Positions 42,044-55,576 of a stretch of 64,000 nucleotides of DNA are shown in pieces. The DNA lies in assembly GCF_035594765.1 (NCBI RefSeq), contig NW_026943824.1:8574317-8638316 (forward strand), in the 5' to 3' direction. The stretch comes from Anolis carolinensis (taxonomy: Eukaryota). The notes beneath the pieces were generated by a model. It worked only from the letters and a program-made list of their open reading frames with translations. It was not told where the DNA came from and did no database searches. Made by a program: the position numbers and the translations under genes. Positions within the stretch are counted from its first letter, which is position 1, and the number at the start of each line of letters is the position of its first letter.

Positions 42044-43513
42044 TGATGCCCCGACCCCTTCTCCGAACCTTCTGTGCTTTGCTTGGAACAATGGAGCATT
42101 CACATCAATGCCAAGTTCTTCAGTTTTTAAAAAAATTAATTCTCTTCCATCAAATTTTTTCAACCCGTCATCAATTTCATATGCCCCTTTGTTTAAAAGG
42201 TTAGATTCTTCTTTCTTCTACTAAAGAGATCCTAAAAAAAAGACAAACCTATATAAAAGCCTTATTTTCTTTCCATGTCCTTTTTGCTCAGATTAATCAA
42301 GTGTTGCCAAATTATATGCTCATTACTATGTTGCATTGTTGTGCTTTGTTATATGGAGCACAAAACCTGTTTTTTAAAGTCAAACAGGTGTCTTTAAAGA
42401 TACTAATGTTTATTAGGAATTGCAGAACTTTATAGTTTTTTTTCCAGATATCGTATCAGTAGGAAAACGCTGCTGTTTTAATGCATTCACATTCAACCAA
42501 TGAGAATAGTATCCTTTCTCATGCTTGAACAAATGCAATAATTGACGACATCCAGATTCCACTTTTTTGAGGGGGAAAAAAACTTTCTTGCTTCTATGGA
42601 CTGTAACTAAACTGTTTTTCCTTGAAGTGTATTGTCTTCCTTGACAGCAGCGTATTGTTTTGATGGGTGAGAAGTTATCTTGTTCAAGGGAGATTTCCCA
42701 ACAGTATTTTGACACTGTTAAGATCAATTTACACTACATTGTCAATGCTAGTTCAATCAAATGCATTTTTCTCGTGTGTATTAAAACCAGTAAGACAAAA
42801 CCCTCTGTTGCAGCAAAATAATAGATGAAGAGATGGTTGGTGTTTTTATAGATCACCTGTTTGCATTTCCCAGTAGGGCATTCATTTACTACAATTTTGA
42901 ACTGGTCATTCCCTCCCACGTCCTTGCTATATAGATGCTTTTATTCTGGAAATCTCTTCCTTCTGAGCAATATATCTTGTATTTTAAAACCTGAGTATAT
43001 TTGCATTTTTTGTAGACTAGAATATTCAAGCATAGCCTTGTTTCTGTCTTGTTTTCCCTCCTTCTACCTTGATATTCCTGCTTTTGAGAAGCTTTTTTTC
43101 AGTTGTCTGGTGACTTGGTGTAAAAATCACGTGCAGCAGATATATACCACTTCTAGTAACCTTTTTTTATATGTATATTTCACACCACCTTAATGACCTT
43201 TCTCTAATGTCACCATTTGCCAGGTGTTCTGACGCTGTAACTTTACTAATGCTGACAATTGCCCTCTTAACCTTGCCATGAACATGTACTTCCTGTTGGT
43301 TGATCTAGTTGCGGTAATTGGGTCTGTAACGTAGTACTAACTAATCATGTTCCCTACATCCCAGAGGCTGGCAAGAACACACTGAATGACGACAACCTGT
43401 CAACTACTACTAGAACAAACAAAACATTTAAAAATGCGAGTGCAAGATTATGAAGTTTTTACATTGATCTTTTTGGTAATGCAATTTAGCAGTATGTTTT
43501 GCATGTATGACTT

Positions 43514-43519
43514 AATAAA
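43514..43519 (+). terminator. RAC1 distal polyadenylation signal (3' UTR about 1.5 kb)
   Basis: AATAAA in GCATGTATGACTTAATAAAT context with upstream TGTA and downstream GT-rich tract; resembles the recalled mammalian RAC1 3' end. Confidence 0.75.
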
Positions 43520-44663
43520 TTCTTGAATCACACTCGTGGTGGGACTTGGATTTCTAAAGTTGTATTGATATATGGCCTGTATCCCTATAGATGACACAAA
43601 ATCTGCTGATGCTGCAAATGCTGATTAGTTATCAGTAAATGATTTTTATATCTATTTTATATACTTATATACACCTGGGGCTGCGTAAACGTTTCTTGGG
43701 CAGAAAGGGGTCACAAAAGGAAAAAAGTGAAGAAGTCATGGGCTAGAGAATAGGAGTTGCTTAATTCTGGGTTTGCCTTTAAAGGAACACACTATTCCAA
43801 ACTCAGTTTGCCTTAAATAACTATCCCTCCTTCAGAAAGGAAGTGTTGATATTCCAAATCCTTTATAAGACCTTCCTTACATGACTAGAATCCAGGTTAG
43901 ACTGTGGCCAGGAGGAGTCGTTCATTTTTAGCGCAACACACAGGATTTTGTAATACAGGCGAAAAGGAACTTGCCTACTTTCTTTGAAAGTGAATCAGGA
44001 ACTTAATCTATTAAAAGCATTAGCTAGAATTCTATTTAAGTTCTGCATTTTCTTGAAGACTTTTCTCAAAGTCTTCAAGAAGAGCCACAATGCAGTTGGG
44101 AGCCCCCCCTTCCCCCAAAATACTTTAAAGGGACTGGGATGAAGAGGGAAGCTTTCTGTCAGAAATAACAGACTCATGATCATCATTTTGATTTTAAAAA
44201 CAGAAAAAGTCTTACGAACATTTTATCACACCATAGTTCTAGCGCCACCACAAAATGGCTTAAGTCCCAGTAATAAATAATCTTCATTATGAGAATGTTT
44301 CCCGTACACACACATTTTCACTGTACATGGGCATGAAATGCTTTTAAAACCACAAAGTTTTGATTAGACTAAGCTCTTCGGGGTTCTCCTCATGAAGCAC
44401 ATCCCTGCTTAGAATAAGGGGTTTCAACCCTTTTAAAATTAAATATGTATTTATCAGGGCTGAAGACCTGTAAACAAAAATCACAAGTATTGCATATGTA
44501 TCCCAAGTATTACTTAAGCAGGAAAGTAAACCAAACGTTCCTAACATCCATGATAGTGCAATGAAAGGCGCAAAGCCCAGCTCACCTTACTAGGACCTTT
44601 GTGTCTATCCAGGCAGTCGATGAGTTGTCTTGAATTTAAATGTTCTTTCCCTGTTAGTGGTTT

Positions 44664-44669
44664 TTTATT
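44664..44669 (-). terminator. Candidate DAGLB polyadenylation signal
   Basis: AATAAA on minus strand about 420 nt after the stop codon. Confidence 0.4.
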
Positions 44670-45087
44670 TCCATGTTGACAAGCACCTATTAAACCTGCA
44701 GGCCTGTCCAGTTCTATCAGGGAAGCATAAATGAAAGGAGGCCCAATGCCTTCTGCCTCACAACTGCCTCAAAGCGAAGTCCGGAGTCCACTGTAACCAC
44801 TCTTTTCTAGCTTCCCGCTCATCAAATTCACTCCTGCAGAGCTCTGGATTATGCTTAAAATCCACGATTGGCTCCTTTGCTCCAGTGAAACTGAAGGGTG
44901 TCATCTTCAAAATGACATGATACATTGAACAGTCCACAACGCCAGCCACAGCGTGAAGTGTTGTGTGCTCGTCATCCTGGGAATTATAAAAACACAGCTT
45001 CAACCTCTATGTTAGGCATGATTTCAGTACAGAGGGGCTGCTGCTCTCACAAACAGATACATGGCTGCTGTTTCCCTAAGTCTACAG

Positions 45088-45283
45088 TTATACAATGTTC
45101 ACAGATGAGTCTCCTTGTGCTTGACAGGAAAGGAAAGACGTGTTGGCTTCAATAAGACTGTTGAGGGCTTTGAGGACGACATCTGGCATGTGATCCGTCA
45201 ACATCTTGGGGCTGATTAAAATGTTACCAAAGGCAGTTTCTTTTGACCAGTTGGCAGTGTACCTGACGTCTGAAGTGCACCAC
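45088..45283 (-). CDS. DAGLB: DAGLB coding exon 15 (stop)
   Basis: [15 protein letters not shown]...[20 protein letters not shown]...VNIV*. Confidence 0.95.
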
Positions 45284-48200
45284 CTGCAAAAAGGGACAAG
45301 AGATGTAAGATGTGAGCATCTATATCACACTATTATTATTACTACTACTACAGCTACTATTACTATCATTATATTTATATCCTGCTGTTTCTACAAAAGA
45401 GACTCAAAGCAGCTTACAGTAAAACCAAAGGAAATACAATTTAAAACCTAAAAACATTTAGCTATTAAAAAGTAAACAGTTAAAATCCTTAAAGACATAC
45501 AGTTCAGAGCAGCAAGAAGCAGGAACAAGCATTTACCTATTCTAAAGTAAGGGCTCACTACACACAAGTGCTCTTGAAAGGCCACCATATTGATCCTCAA
45601 ACTCTTAACTGCTCTGTGTTGGAAAATTAACCTGTCTGCCTGGGGGATTATGAGGGTTTTTCTGATGGCTAACACACATCCAAAAGGTCCCAGGTTCAAA
45701 TCCCAGGAGCGGCGTGAGCGCCCGCTGTTAGCTCCAGCTTCTGCCAACCTAGCAGTTCGAAAACATGCAAATGTGGGTAGATCAATAGGTAACCTCCGGC
45801 GGGAAGGTAACGGCGCGCCATGCAGTCATGCCGGCCACATGACCTTGGAGGAGTCTACGGACAACGCTGGCTCTTCGGCTTAGAAATTGAGATGAGCACC
45901 AGCCCCCAGAGTCAGACATGACTGGACTTAACATCAGGGGAAACCTTTACCTAACACACATCCACACTCCCTTAATTTTTCTAACAGTTGTTAAAAAATA
46001 TCAAAACTCCTTGAATGCAAAATATTAATTCAGGGATCAAAAGAGCAGCAGGAAGCCTCCAGGCGCCAGTAAACAAAATGACCCAGCAATTTACCTTCTT
46101 GTGCTGTTTTCCTCCACAATGTGAATGATTCTCCCAGGGAGAAAGAGGTGAGGATACTGAGGTGGAGAGTTTAAAGGTGAGTCGTCATCCAGACTGTTGT
46201 AAGAAGGTGACCGGTGGACCATGAGGCTTTCTTCGGCCAGGAGAGGCTGAGCCAAAGCTACCTCGTTCCGACCATCCAGTTCAGTGGGGAAGTTATCCGG
46301 TTCCCCTCCAAACACTTCGTACCAACAGCCGTGCAGCAAGATCTGATACTGTGTGGCACCAAACAAGGGAATAAACAGAACAGATGGTAAGTGGTGAAAC
46401 CATTTGGCTAAGTGGGATCACACCCAAATCAGGACGAATACTGGCACCCACAACGGCTGAGGGGGAAAAGGAAGGGGCCTGAGGCTGTTACGAACCGGTG
46501 GGAGTTGTAGTTCAAAATACCTGGAGGGCCCACGCTTGCCCATGCCTGAACTAAGCCCTGCTTTAATGCCTCACCGTGGCAAAACCCCTGTCGTATTGTT
46601 GTAGTGTTTACCTTGGGTCTGTTACAGTTGGCCACAATTCTAATGATCCTTCTCTTCAGGTCTTCCATGTTGGGCATACTTAACCTAGAAGGCAGAAAAA
46701 GCAAAAGCAGTGCTCAGGTTCTCCACCAAAAAAAAAAACAAAAACACACATTTCAAGTTGGATCACATAATAAACTGTGCACATTCTTACCTTGGAACGA
46801 CGTCTTTTCCAAGAATGATGGAAACAATGAACTGCTTACTGTAGTCCGCAAGCGATTTACTTAAAAAGAATAAAAGAGAATCAACAGAACCAAGTAAATG
46901 GTTAGCAGGCTTCAGTAACTAAAATACTCATTAAACACAACAGCCTCTTTTCCAAGTGTTATTTTTGAGCCAATTTTTTTACCATTTTCTCCTGACGTAT
47001 ACACAAGTACAGTAGAGTCTCACTTATCCAACACTCGCTTATCCAACGTTCTGGATTATCCAATGCATTTTTGTAGACAATGTTTTCAATATATCGTGAT
47101 ATTTTGGTGCTAAATTCATAAATACAGTAATTACTACAAAGCATTACTGCACATTGAACTACTTTTTCTGCCAAATTTGTTGTCTAACATGATGTTTTGG
47201 TGCTTCATTTGTAAAATCATAATCTAATTTGATGTTTAATAGGCTTTTCCTTAATGCCTCCTTATTATCCTACATATTTGCTTATCCAACATTCTGCCGG
47301 CCCGTTTATGTTGGATAAGTGAGACTCTACTGTATATACAGTAGGGTTGTTTTCTCCTGACGTATACACAAGTATATATAGTAGGGTTCTCTCCTGACGT
47401 TTAGCCCACATCTATGGCAGGCATCCTGAAAACGTCAGGAGAGAATACTTCTGGAACATGACCATACAGCCCGAAAAACATACAACAACCCTGTGATCCC
47501 AGCCATGAAAGCCTTTGACAACACATATATACAGTAGCTCCAGCTAGAACAGACCCACAACACTGCTTCTGATCCAAATTTCCCCAGTTTAACAAAGTTC
47601 ATTAAATTAAGCAAACCTATGACTCTCCACCCTCAGTGGATTTCTGCTTTTGAACAAAGATAAACAACTGTTTATGATGTACCTTAACAGACCTCCTGGT
47701 GGAGAAAAAGCATAACACTTCAGGTTTGGGAAAGCGTTTTTGAGCATGATCGCCAATATGGAGGCCGTTCCTCCTCCTAAACTGTGTCCCACGACAACCA
47801 GTTTATATTCCTAGAGATGGGAGGAGAAAAAGAAAAGTGATAGTAGACATCCGCACGAAATCATCAGCTCAAGTCTTTTTATCGGGACTATGTGACGACA
47901 TCGGCAAGGCCACAACTTACAGGAGCGATGGTGAAGGCTTGGTTCAAAATGCCATCGTTGATTAGTCTCTGGTAAATGTAGTTGGCAGCCTGGGTTATCC
48001 CCTAGGAGGGAAGAGTGAGAGAACTCACAAGCTGTTTCTCCAGTTGACAAAGCTGGTGAAGGTTCTGCATTGCCAGACATAAATACAACGCTGCCTACAC
48101 AGTAGAGTTAATTCAGTTTGACACTACTTTAGCTCCCGGTGCTCAATCCTATGGAATCCTGGGAACTTTAGTTTTATGAGGACTTTGATGCTTTCTATCA

Positions 48201-51200
48201 AAGTGTCTCAGCAAACTACAAATCCCAGGATTCCACAGGATCAAGCTATTAAAGTGGTGCCAAACTGCAGTCATGCCACAGTGTAGGGCAGGCCTGGACA
48301 AACTTGGACCCTCCAAACAGACAAGAGTTCTTTCTCCCACAATGAACTTTCCACAGATGTATAAACCACAGATAACAAAAGACCTCACAACCTCTGAGAA
48401 TGCCTGCCATAGATGTGGGCGAAACATTAAGAGAGAATGCTTCCTGAACATGGCCATACAGCCCGGAAAACTCACAGCAACCCAATCCCACAATTTCTTA
48501 TTTCACTTAAGAACATTCATTTTCCCCTAGTCAAAATGCAAGAATATATACTGGCTGACCTGCCCAAAAGATCAGAGCTAAGGTAGCAAAATCCATACTT
48601 GAGGTCAGAAATGGAAATGGCGATGGCTTGGGATGATACAAATCAGACACTGTCATTGTTATGTTGCTGCTATCATAATTTTAAAGAGCTAGTTTTAATT
48701 TTTGAATAAGTTTTAATGTTTTTATTGGAAAGTGTTTATAAAGGTTGTATACTACTGATGTCATGCCCTATTGCTAGTAAAATAAACAATTCATTCATTC
48801 ATTCATACTGGCTGACCTTATGTACAAGACCGTTTTCCAGGACATCTTCTAAAGTTAAATTTTCACAATCCGCTGACAGGTCTGTGAGGACGTCCTGAAA
48901 ATAAAAAAAAAGGAAGCAAAGGTCAAGCTTTTTCATTGCTTGGCAGACACCTCAACTGCAAAAGTCTGCTGTCAACAGTTATCTTTCCAGAGATTTCATC
49001 TGTCATAAGAAGACAGAGGGTTCTAATAGCAAGATATTCTCTGGGAGCAAGTTTAAAAAATAAGAAAGTAAGTACGTATATACTTGAGTATAAGCCAACC
49101 CAAATATAAGCCGAGGCACCTAATTTTACCACAAAAAAACTGGGAAAACATTGACTCCAGTATAAGCCGAGATACCAATAAAATTACATTAATTGAGGCA
49201 TCAGTAGTTTAAATGTTTTTGAATCTTTACATCAAACTGTAATTTAAGATAAGACTGTTCAACTCTGATTAAATCATTATTTTCATCTTCTTAAATGTAA
49301 ATGTGCTTATGTATCCTTTTAATAATAATAGAGTGAAATAATAAATGCAATAATAAATGCAGTAAAATAATAAATGTAATAATAAATAGAGTAAAATAAT
49401 AAATGTATTAATAAAAATAGAGTAAAATAAATGTAAAAGTAACAATAATAGCGTAAAATAATAAATGTAACAATACCAATAATAATAGAGAAAAATAATA
49501 AATATACCATATATACTTGAGTATAAGCCCACCAGGACCCTCACTCGAGTATAAGGCGAGCAGGTTTTTTTTTTCCAGTCCTAAAAAGGGCTGAAAAACT
49601 AGGCTTATACTTGAGTATATACAGTAATATATATATGTAGTGGTTTCCCCAAGTGATTCAATTATCTAACATTTTTTTCATCTGCAAACGTCTATCCAAA
49701 ACAGTAAGTGCAAAGAAGCATAAAACATGCAAATGAATACTACCTCAAATGACAAGGTTCCTCTCACAGCTACAACAATGGCCTCTTTTTTGTGATCCAA
49801 AGCAACAAAGAACGGTATCTCATAAATCTGGAAACAGAAAAAGCATGATATAAAGGGCCAGGCTTTAGCACAGCAGGTTAAACCACAAGCAGCGGTAAAT
49901 CTTGTCAATCAAAAGGATGACTGTTCAAAGCCCAGGTCAGGGTGAGCTCCTGATCTTTAGCCCAGCTTCCACCAACCCAGTGGTTCGAAAGCAAAATGTG
50001 AGTAGATAAATAGGTACTGCTTAAAAGCAGGGAGGTATTTTAAAGCTCCCATAAGAAAAATGCCAGCAGTTCAATCAAGGCGGAAGTTTACAAACAAAGC
50101 TCTTCAGCAGAGAGATGGAGCGACAGCCCCCCACCCCACCACCCAGGCACAAAAGCCTCCAAGATGCCGAAGATGGGAAAAGCCTATATATACCTTTATC
50201 TATGTACAATTATCTGTCTTGTCAGTAGATAAATGGCATTGAATGTTTACCGCATATGTATGCTTTGGCCAAATGGCTCACATCAAAGTCCCAGAGAGAT
50301 TAGAGTACAAGTAGGATGTTTCTAAGAAGGAACGTGCTAGAATGTTTACCTTATTGTGAAAACTGATGTGAATGAAATCTCTGTATTGCAGCCCTGTCAT
50401 TTTTAAGATGGATCCAAAATGCATGTTGAAACGGTCATCACCGATGATATCCGTCTCTACTGGGCTCCTTCTGCAGCTTAAGAGGGAAAAACAAGATGTG
50501 CAAAAATTAAAACATTATAGCAAAGAGCAGCCTTGTATTATTTTAAGGAAAAAAATCAGTGACTATATCATAGAAATTCCTTATTTCTCTGTTAAGAGAA
50601 AAAGAGGCACAACAACATCTACTGAAATTATTTTTTAAGAAAAGCTTAAGTCTTAATACACTCATAAACAACAGTTAATATTACCAATAATATTACCATA
50701 TAATTATATAGTACAATATAGTAATTTAATGCTTATATTGTGCTATGCTAATAATATATTGTATGTACATTTGATTTGTAAGCTGCTCTGAATCCCCTCC
50801 AGGGTGAGAAGAGCGGGATATATATATATATAGTAAGTAAATAAATAAATAAATAAATTCATCTAAACACATACAGTAGAGTCTCACTTATCCAAGCTAA
50901 ACAGGCCGGCAGAAGCTTGGATAAGCGAATATCTTGGATAATAAGGAGGAATTAAAGAAAAGCCTATTAAACATCAAATTAGGTTATGATTTTACAAATT
51001 AAGCACCAAAACATCATGTTATACAACAAATTTGACAGAAAAAGTAGTTCAATACACAGTAATGTTATGTTGTAATTACTGTATTTATGAATTTAGCACC
51101 AAAATATCATGATATATTGAAAACATTGACTACAAAAATGGCTTGGATAATCCAGAGGCTTGGATAAGCGAGGCTTGGATTAGTGAGACTCTACTGTACT

Positions 51201-54200
51201 TTAAAATGGGATTTCATCTGCTGAATTATGGAAAATGAATTCTAGCAGGCAAATCCTCAAGCAGATCCTTTTCAAATGTTACATGGCATGCAGCAGTGTT
51301 ATTGCTCAATAGGCTTCTACAGTGAACATTAATACTAATGTTTTATGTAGTTTAATAGATTTGTTGAATGGTTTTATTGGTTTCGACTATGTATCTTTAA
51401 TATTTCTATGTTAATGTTTATATGTGTTAGGTTTTAATTCACACATTGTTATGGTTTCCGTGATAGTTGCTTTGAGTCTCCTTTGTCAGAGAAAAGGTGG
51501 GGGTATACATATTAATAATATAAATGTTACTACTGTTGCTAATAACTTGCTATATTTTTTTAATGTATAGGCCAACCTACCAGTCACCTTTAAGCTTACA
51601 GAGTCCTGTAAAAGGGTTTGTCATGATATAATAGGGCCAACCATAGGTAGCCGCAGCAAACTTCATATAATGAGCAGCATTTTCCAGTTCTTCATCCAAA
51701 TCATTTGCCTGGGAAATGGAGACAAAATGCAATCTGTAGCAGCCTGCTGTTTCTGGTTCAAAATCAGTCTGTTATGTCAACAATGTGGCCATAAAATGCT
51801 AAAAGGGGGAGAATCCTGCAGCCGATGGCACATTTATCAGACCCAAGGTCTGTAGGCCAAATCCAGCCCACCCTGTCCTCCTCCAGATGCTGGACTACAA
51901 CTCCAATTCGACCTCATGACTAGAGTGGGTGGGAGTTGGGATACAGGAATATCTGGGAGGCTGCAGTGTGTTCTGTTTAGTCAGGAAAGGGGGGGTTGCA
52001 TTTAGATACAATATAAATAAATATAAATATATTTATATATTTATATAAATACTGTAAATATATAATATTTACAAATATAAATACTGTAAATAAATAAATA
52101 AAATAGATATAAGGCTTATGGGTATGATGTCTGACATTAAAATCCTCCTCAACCTTTCCCCAACCTCAGAGCTACATGTGCTGTTGGGTTGCCATTCCCA
52201 TCATCCCCAATGCACATGGAGAATAATCATGGAACCTATGGGCTCCATGTTGCCCTGAATCCACATTGCCATATAACACGGTTCAATGTGGATTTTATAA
52301 ATCTGTGTGGAAGGAGCCTTTGTTTTCTGAAGCAGCAAATGCTGGGAGGCAGCAGGAATTGGGAGGAAAGAGCTCTCCATCCCTTTAAGGAAGGCAACTG
52401 CTCTCATGCAAAGTGAATGGCGCAGTCCCATCTCCAATATCAGAAAAGGAGAAGATTCAACAGTTCAGCCCAGTGGGGTGATGCCTGGAGATGGCCCTGA
52501 GGAACGTACCACAGGAGACAGTGGCGACTGCGTGAGAACATCATCAGGCTCTTTAGGGCAGTTTTCCACTTTATCTTGCTCTTGGTGAAGCAGAGTCAGG
52601 CCTGCTGCCACATCGCTAGGCACCAAGTCAGTATCCTGCAGAGAAAAAAGAAACACATTACTGTAGGATTGGGGGGGGGGGTGGATTCAAAGCATTCTGT
52701 GCAGCTTCTTGGAGACAGCAAGAATCTTTTTGGTTGGAATGTGTTTTATACACAGGCATACATAAACAAATATAACAAATATACCAAATAATTGCTGTAT
52801 ATACTCGAGTATAAGCCTAGTTTATCAGCCCTTTTTTAAGATTGAAAAAGCCCCCCTTGGCTTATACTTGGGTGAGGGTCTTGGTTGGCTTATATTTGGG
52901 TCAGCTTATACTCGAGAATATATGGTACATTTATTATTTTTCTCTATTATTGTTGCTACTATTACATTTATTTTACTCTAAGGTAAAAAGGTAAAGGTTT
53001 CCCCTGACGTTAAGTCTAGTCATTTCCGACTCTGGGGGTTGGTGCTCATCTCCATTTCTAAGCTGAAGAGCCGGCGTTGTCCGTAGACACCTCCAATGTC
53101 ATGTGGCCGGCATGACTGCATGGAACGCCATTACATTCCCGCTGGAGCGGTACGTATTGATGTACTCACATTGGCATGTTTTCGAACTGCTAGGTTGGCA
53201 GAAGCTGGAGCTAACAGAGGGCGCTCACTCCACTCCCCGGATTTGAACCTGGGACTTTTCGGTCTGCAAGTTCAGCAGCTCAGCGCTTTAACACACTGAG
53301 CCACCGGAGGCTCCTTTTATTTTACTCTATTTATTATTACATGTATTATTTTCCTGTATTTATTATTATTATTATTACATGTATTATTTTACTCTATTAT
53401 TATTAAAAGGATACATAAGCACATTTACATTGAAGATGATGAGAATAATGATTTGATCAGAGTTGGACAGTCTTATCTTAAATTTGAGCTTTATGTAAAT
53501 ATTCAAAAACATTTACCCTACTGATGCCTCAGTTAATGTAATTTTATTGGTATCTATTTTTATTTCTGAAATTTACCCCCCCCGGTTTATACTGGAGTCA
53601 ATGTTTTCCCAGTTTTTTGTGGTAAAATTAGGTGCCTCAGCTTATATTCGGGTCGGCTTATGCTCGAATATATACGGTATTTTAAAAACGTCTTCCTTCT
53701 TACTGCAAAATAGCTGCGGAAAAGCTCAGCGATGCTTGTAAAAGCCACTCGGTGGTCATCATCCTGCACGATGCAGCAACACAGCAAGCGGATTCTTTTC
53801 TCCCAGACGCGAGTTGCTGTCTTCTTGACATTGTAAAAGAGCTGGTCGGACTGACTGCTCTCCAGGTTGCGGTTGGGGCAGTGAGCCACGTAGAGCATCT
53901 TCTTCCCACCAAGAGGATCAAAGACGACCACAATGGCCACCACAGTGAAGACAATGATCACCCAGCTGCCAAGGAGAACAGGACATCAGAGCCAGTCAAG
54001 GAGGACATACGGGCACCCCCCCCCTCCATTTTTTGGGTGTCAAAATTGCATTTTTGTTTTCCTTGCCTAATAGTTTCACCCCCATTTGAAGCTGATTCTC
54101 CCTTCCTTCTCCAAAGGCAAGGCAGTTTAAAAACTACAAACTCTGATGGGCGTCTACGAGATGGGAGTCTCCTTACCTGGCAATGACTGTTCCAAATATA

Positions 54201-55525
54201 GCACTGATCATTGTCTTTTCACAGTTTATTCTGCCATCTGAGACCCAGACAGCACCCACAACAGCCCAGACCAGTTCGGGCAAAAAAAGACCGAGGCGCA
54301 GGTACAGCAATTTTGGAAGAGTCTTCCTTGGCCCAGGGTTGGAAATTGTTCCTGGAAAAAAATGGTTGAAAGCTACTACATCTGCTGTATTAACTAATCC
54401 ATCTAAATGGGATTACTATAACACAATATGAAATCTAAAGAAGCTTCAAGTGAAGATATTAATACATGAGTTTGCCAAACTGAGTGGTCTAGATGCCTTC
54501 CAGCAGGCATCCTCAAACTGCAGCCCTCCAGCTGTTTGGGCCTCCAACTCCCAGAAGTCTTAGCCAGCTTGTTGAATAGTCAATAGCTGGAGGGCCTCAG
54601 TTAAGGATGTCCGCCCTAAAGGTATCGGCTCCTGTTTGATTTTGGAAGCTAAGCAGGATCAGCTCTGGTTAGTATGGGAAACTGCCAACAAATGCCAGGC
54701 ATCACAGGCTCTGTTTCAGGGGAATAAACTGGCAAAACCACCTCTGAGTATTTCTTGCCGAGGGAAATCCTACAAAATTGCTATAAGCATTGCATAACAT
54801 AATGTAAAATGTCATTTACCTTGCATGCTGATGTACAAAATAGAAGATAAAGCACATATTACAGCCGCCAGGAGAATAAGGAGGACAAGAAGGTAGCTGT
54901 GCAACAGTCCTCCTCCATCACAATTAAATTGTCCTTTGTGAATAGAATACAACACCAAAATCCCAATCCACCTGCAGGGAAGACACAGAAAACACACAAA
55001 TTATTTATTTATTTTTATTACAATATTTATATCCTGCCCTTCTCACCCAATAGGGGACTCAGGACGACTTACACTAAAACACATATATAAAATTGTGCAA
55101 TACATTGTGAATCAATTAAAAAGTTATTAAATTACATCAGACATTCTTAAAAACACTTATAAAATACAGATGGGCATGTTCGAGTCTAAAAGACTGGGTC
55201 TGTCAATTGAGTTCCAGCATACATAACCAGCTGAAGAATGTTGGGGCACACTGTGGTTTCACATGGGAGACAAACTCTCTGAGGAGAGCCTTTTACCCCT
55301 ATATAGGCCTTTCTGGATGCTGCGAACTTTGCAAGAAGCCCTTCTCTTGGTCCTGCCCACTTCAAATGCAGATCTGGGAGAAACATGAGAAAGAGCCTTC
55401 TTGGTGGCTGTTCTCATAAGGCTAGAATGGCTCCCTCCTTTCCTCTCTAGAAGCTGATGATGGCATTTTTATTCCAGTAAATATAAGGTGTTTCAAAATG
55501 TGGGCCCTATTTCAAAGCAGTATAT

Positions 55526-55576
<51 letters not shown>

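Noticed and set aside
54620-54710. Functional 5S rRNA gene
   Set aside because: Degenerate, with a deletion in the control region and a retroposon-like tail; better explained as a SINE
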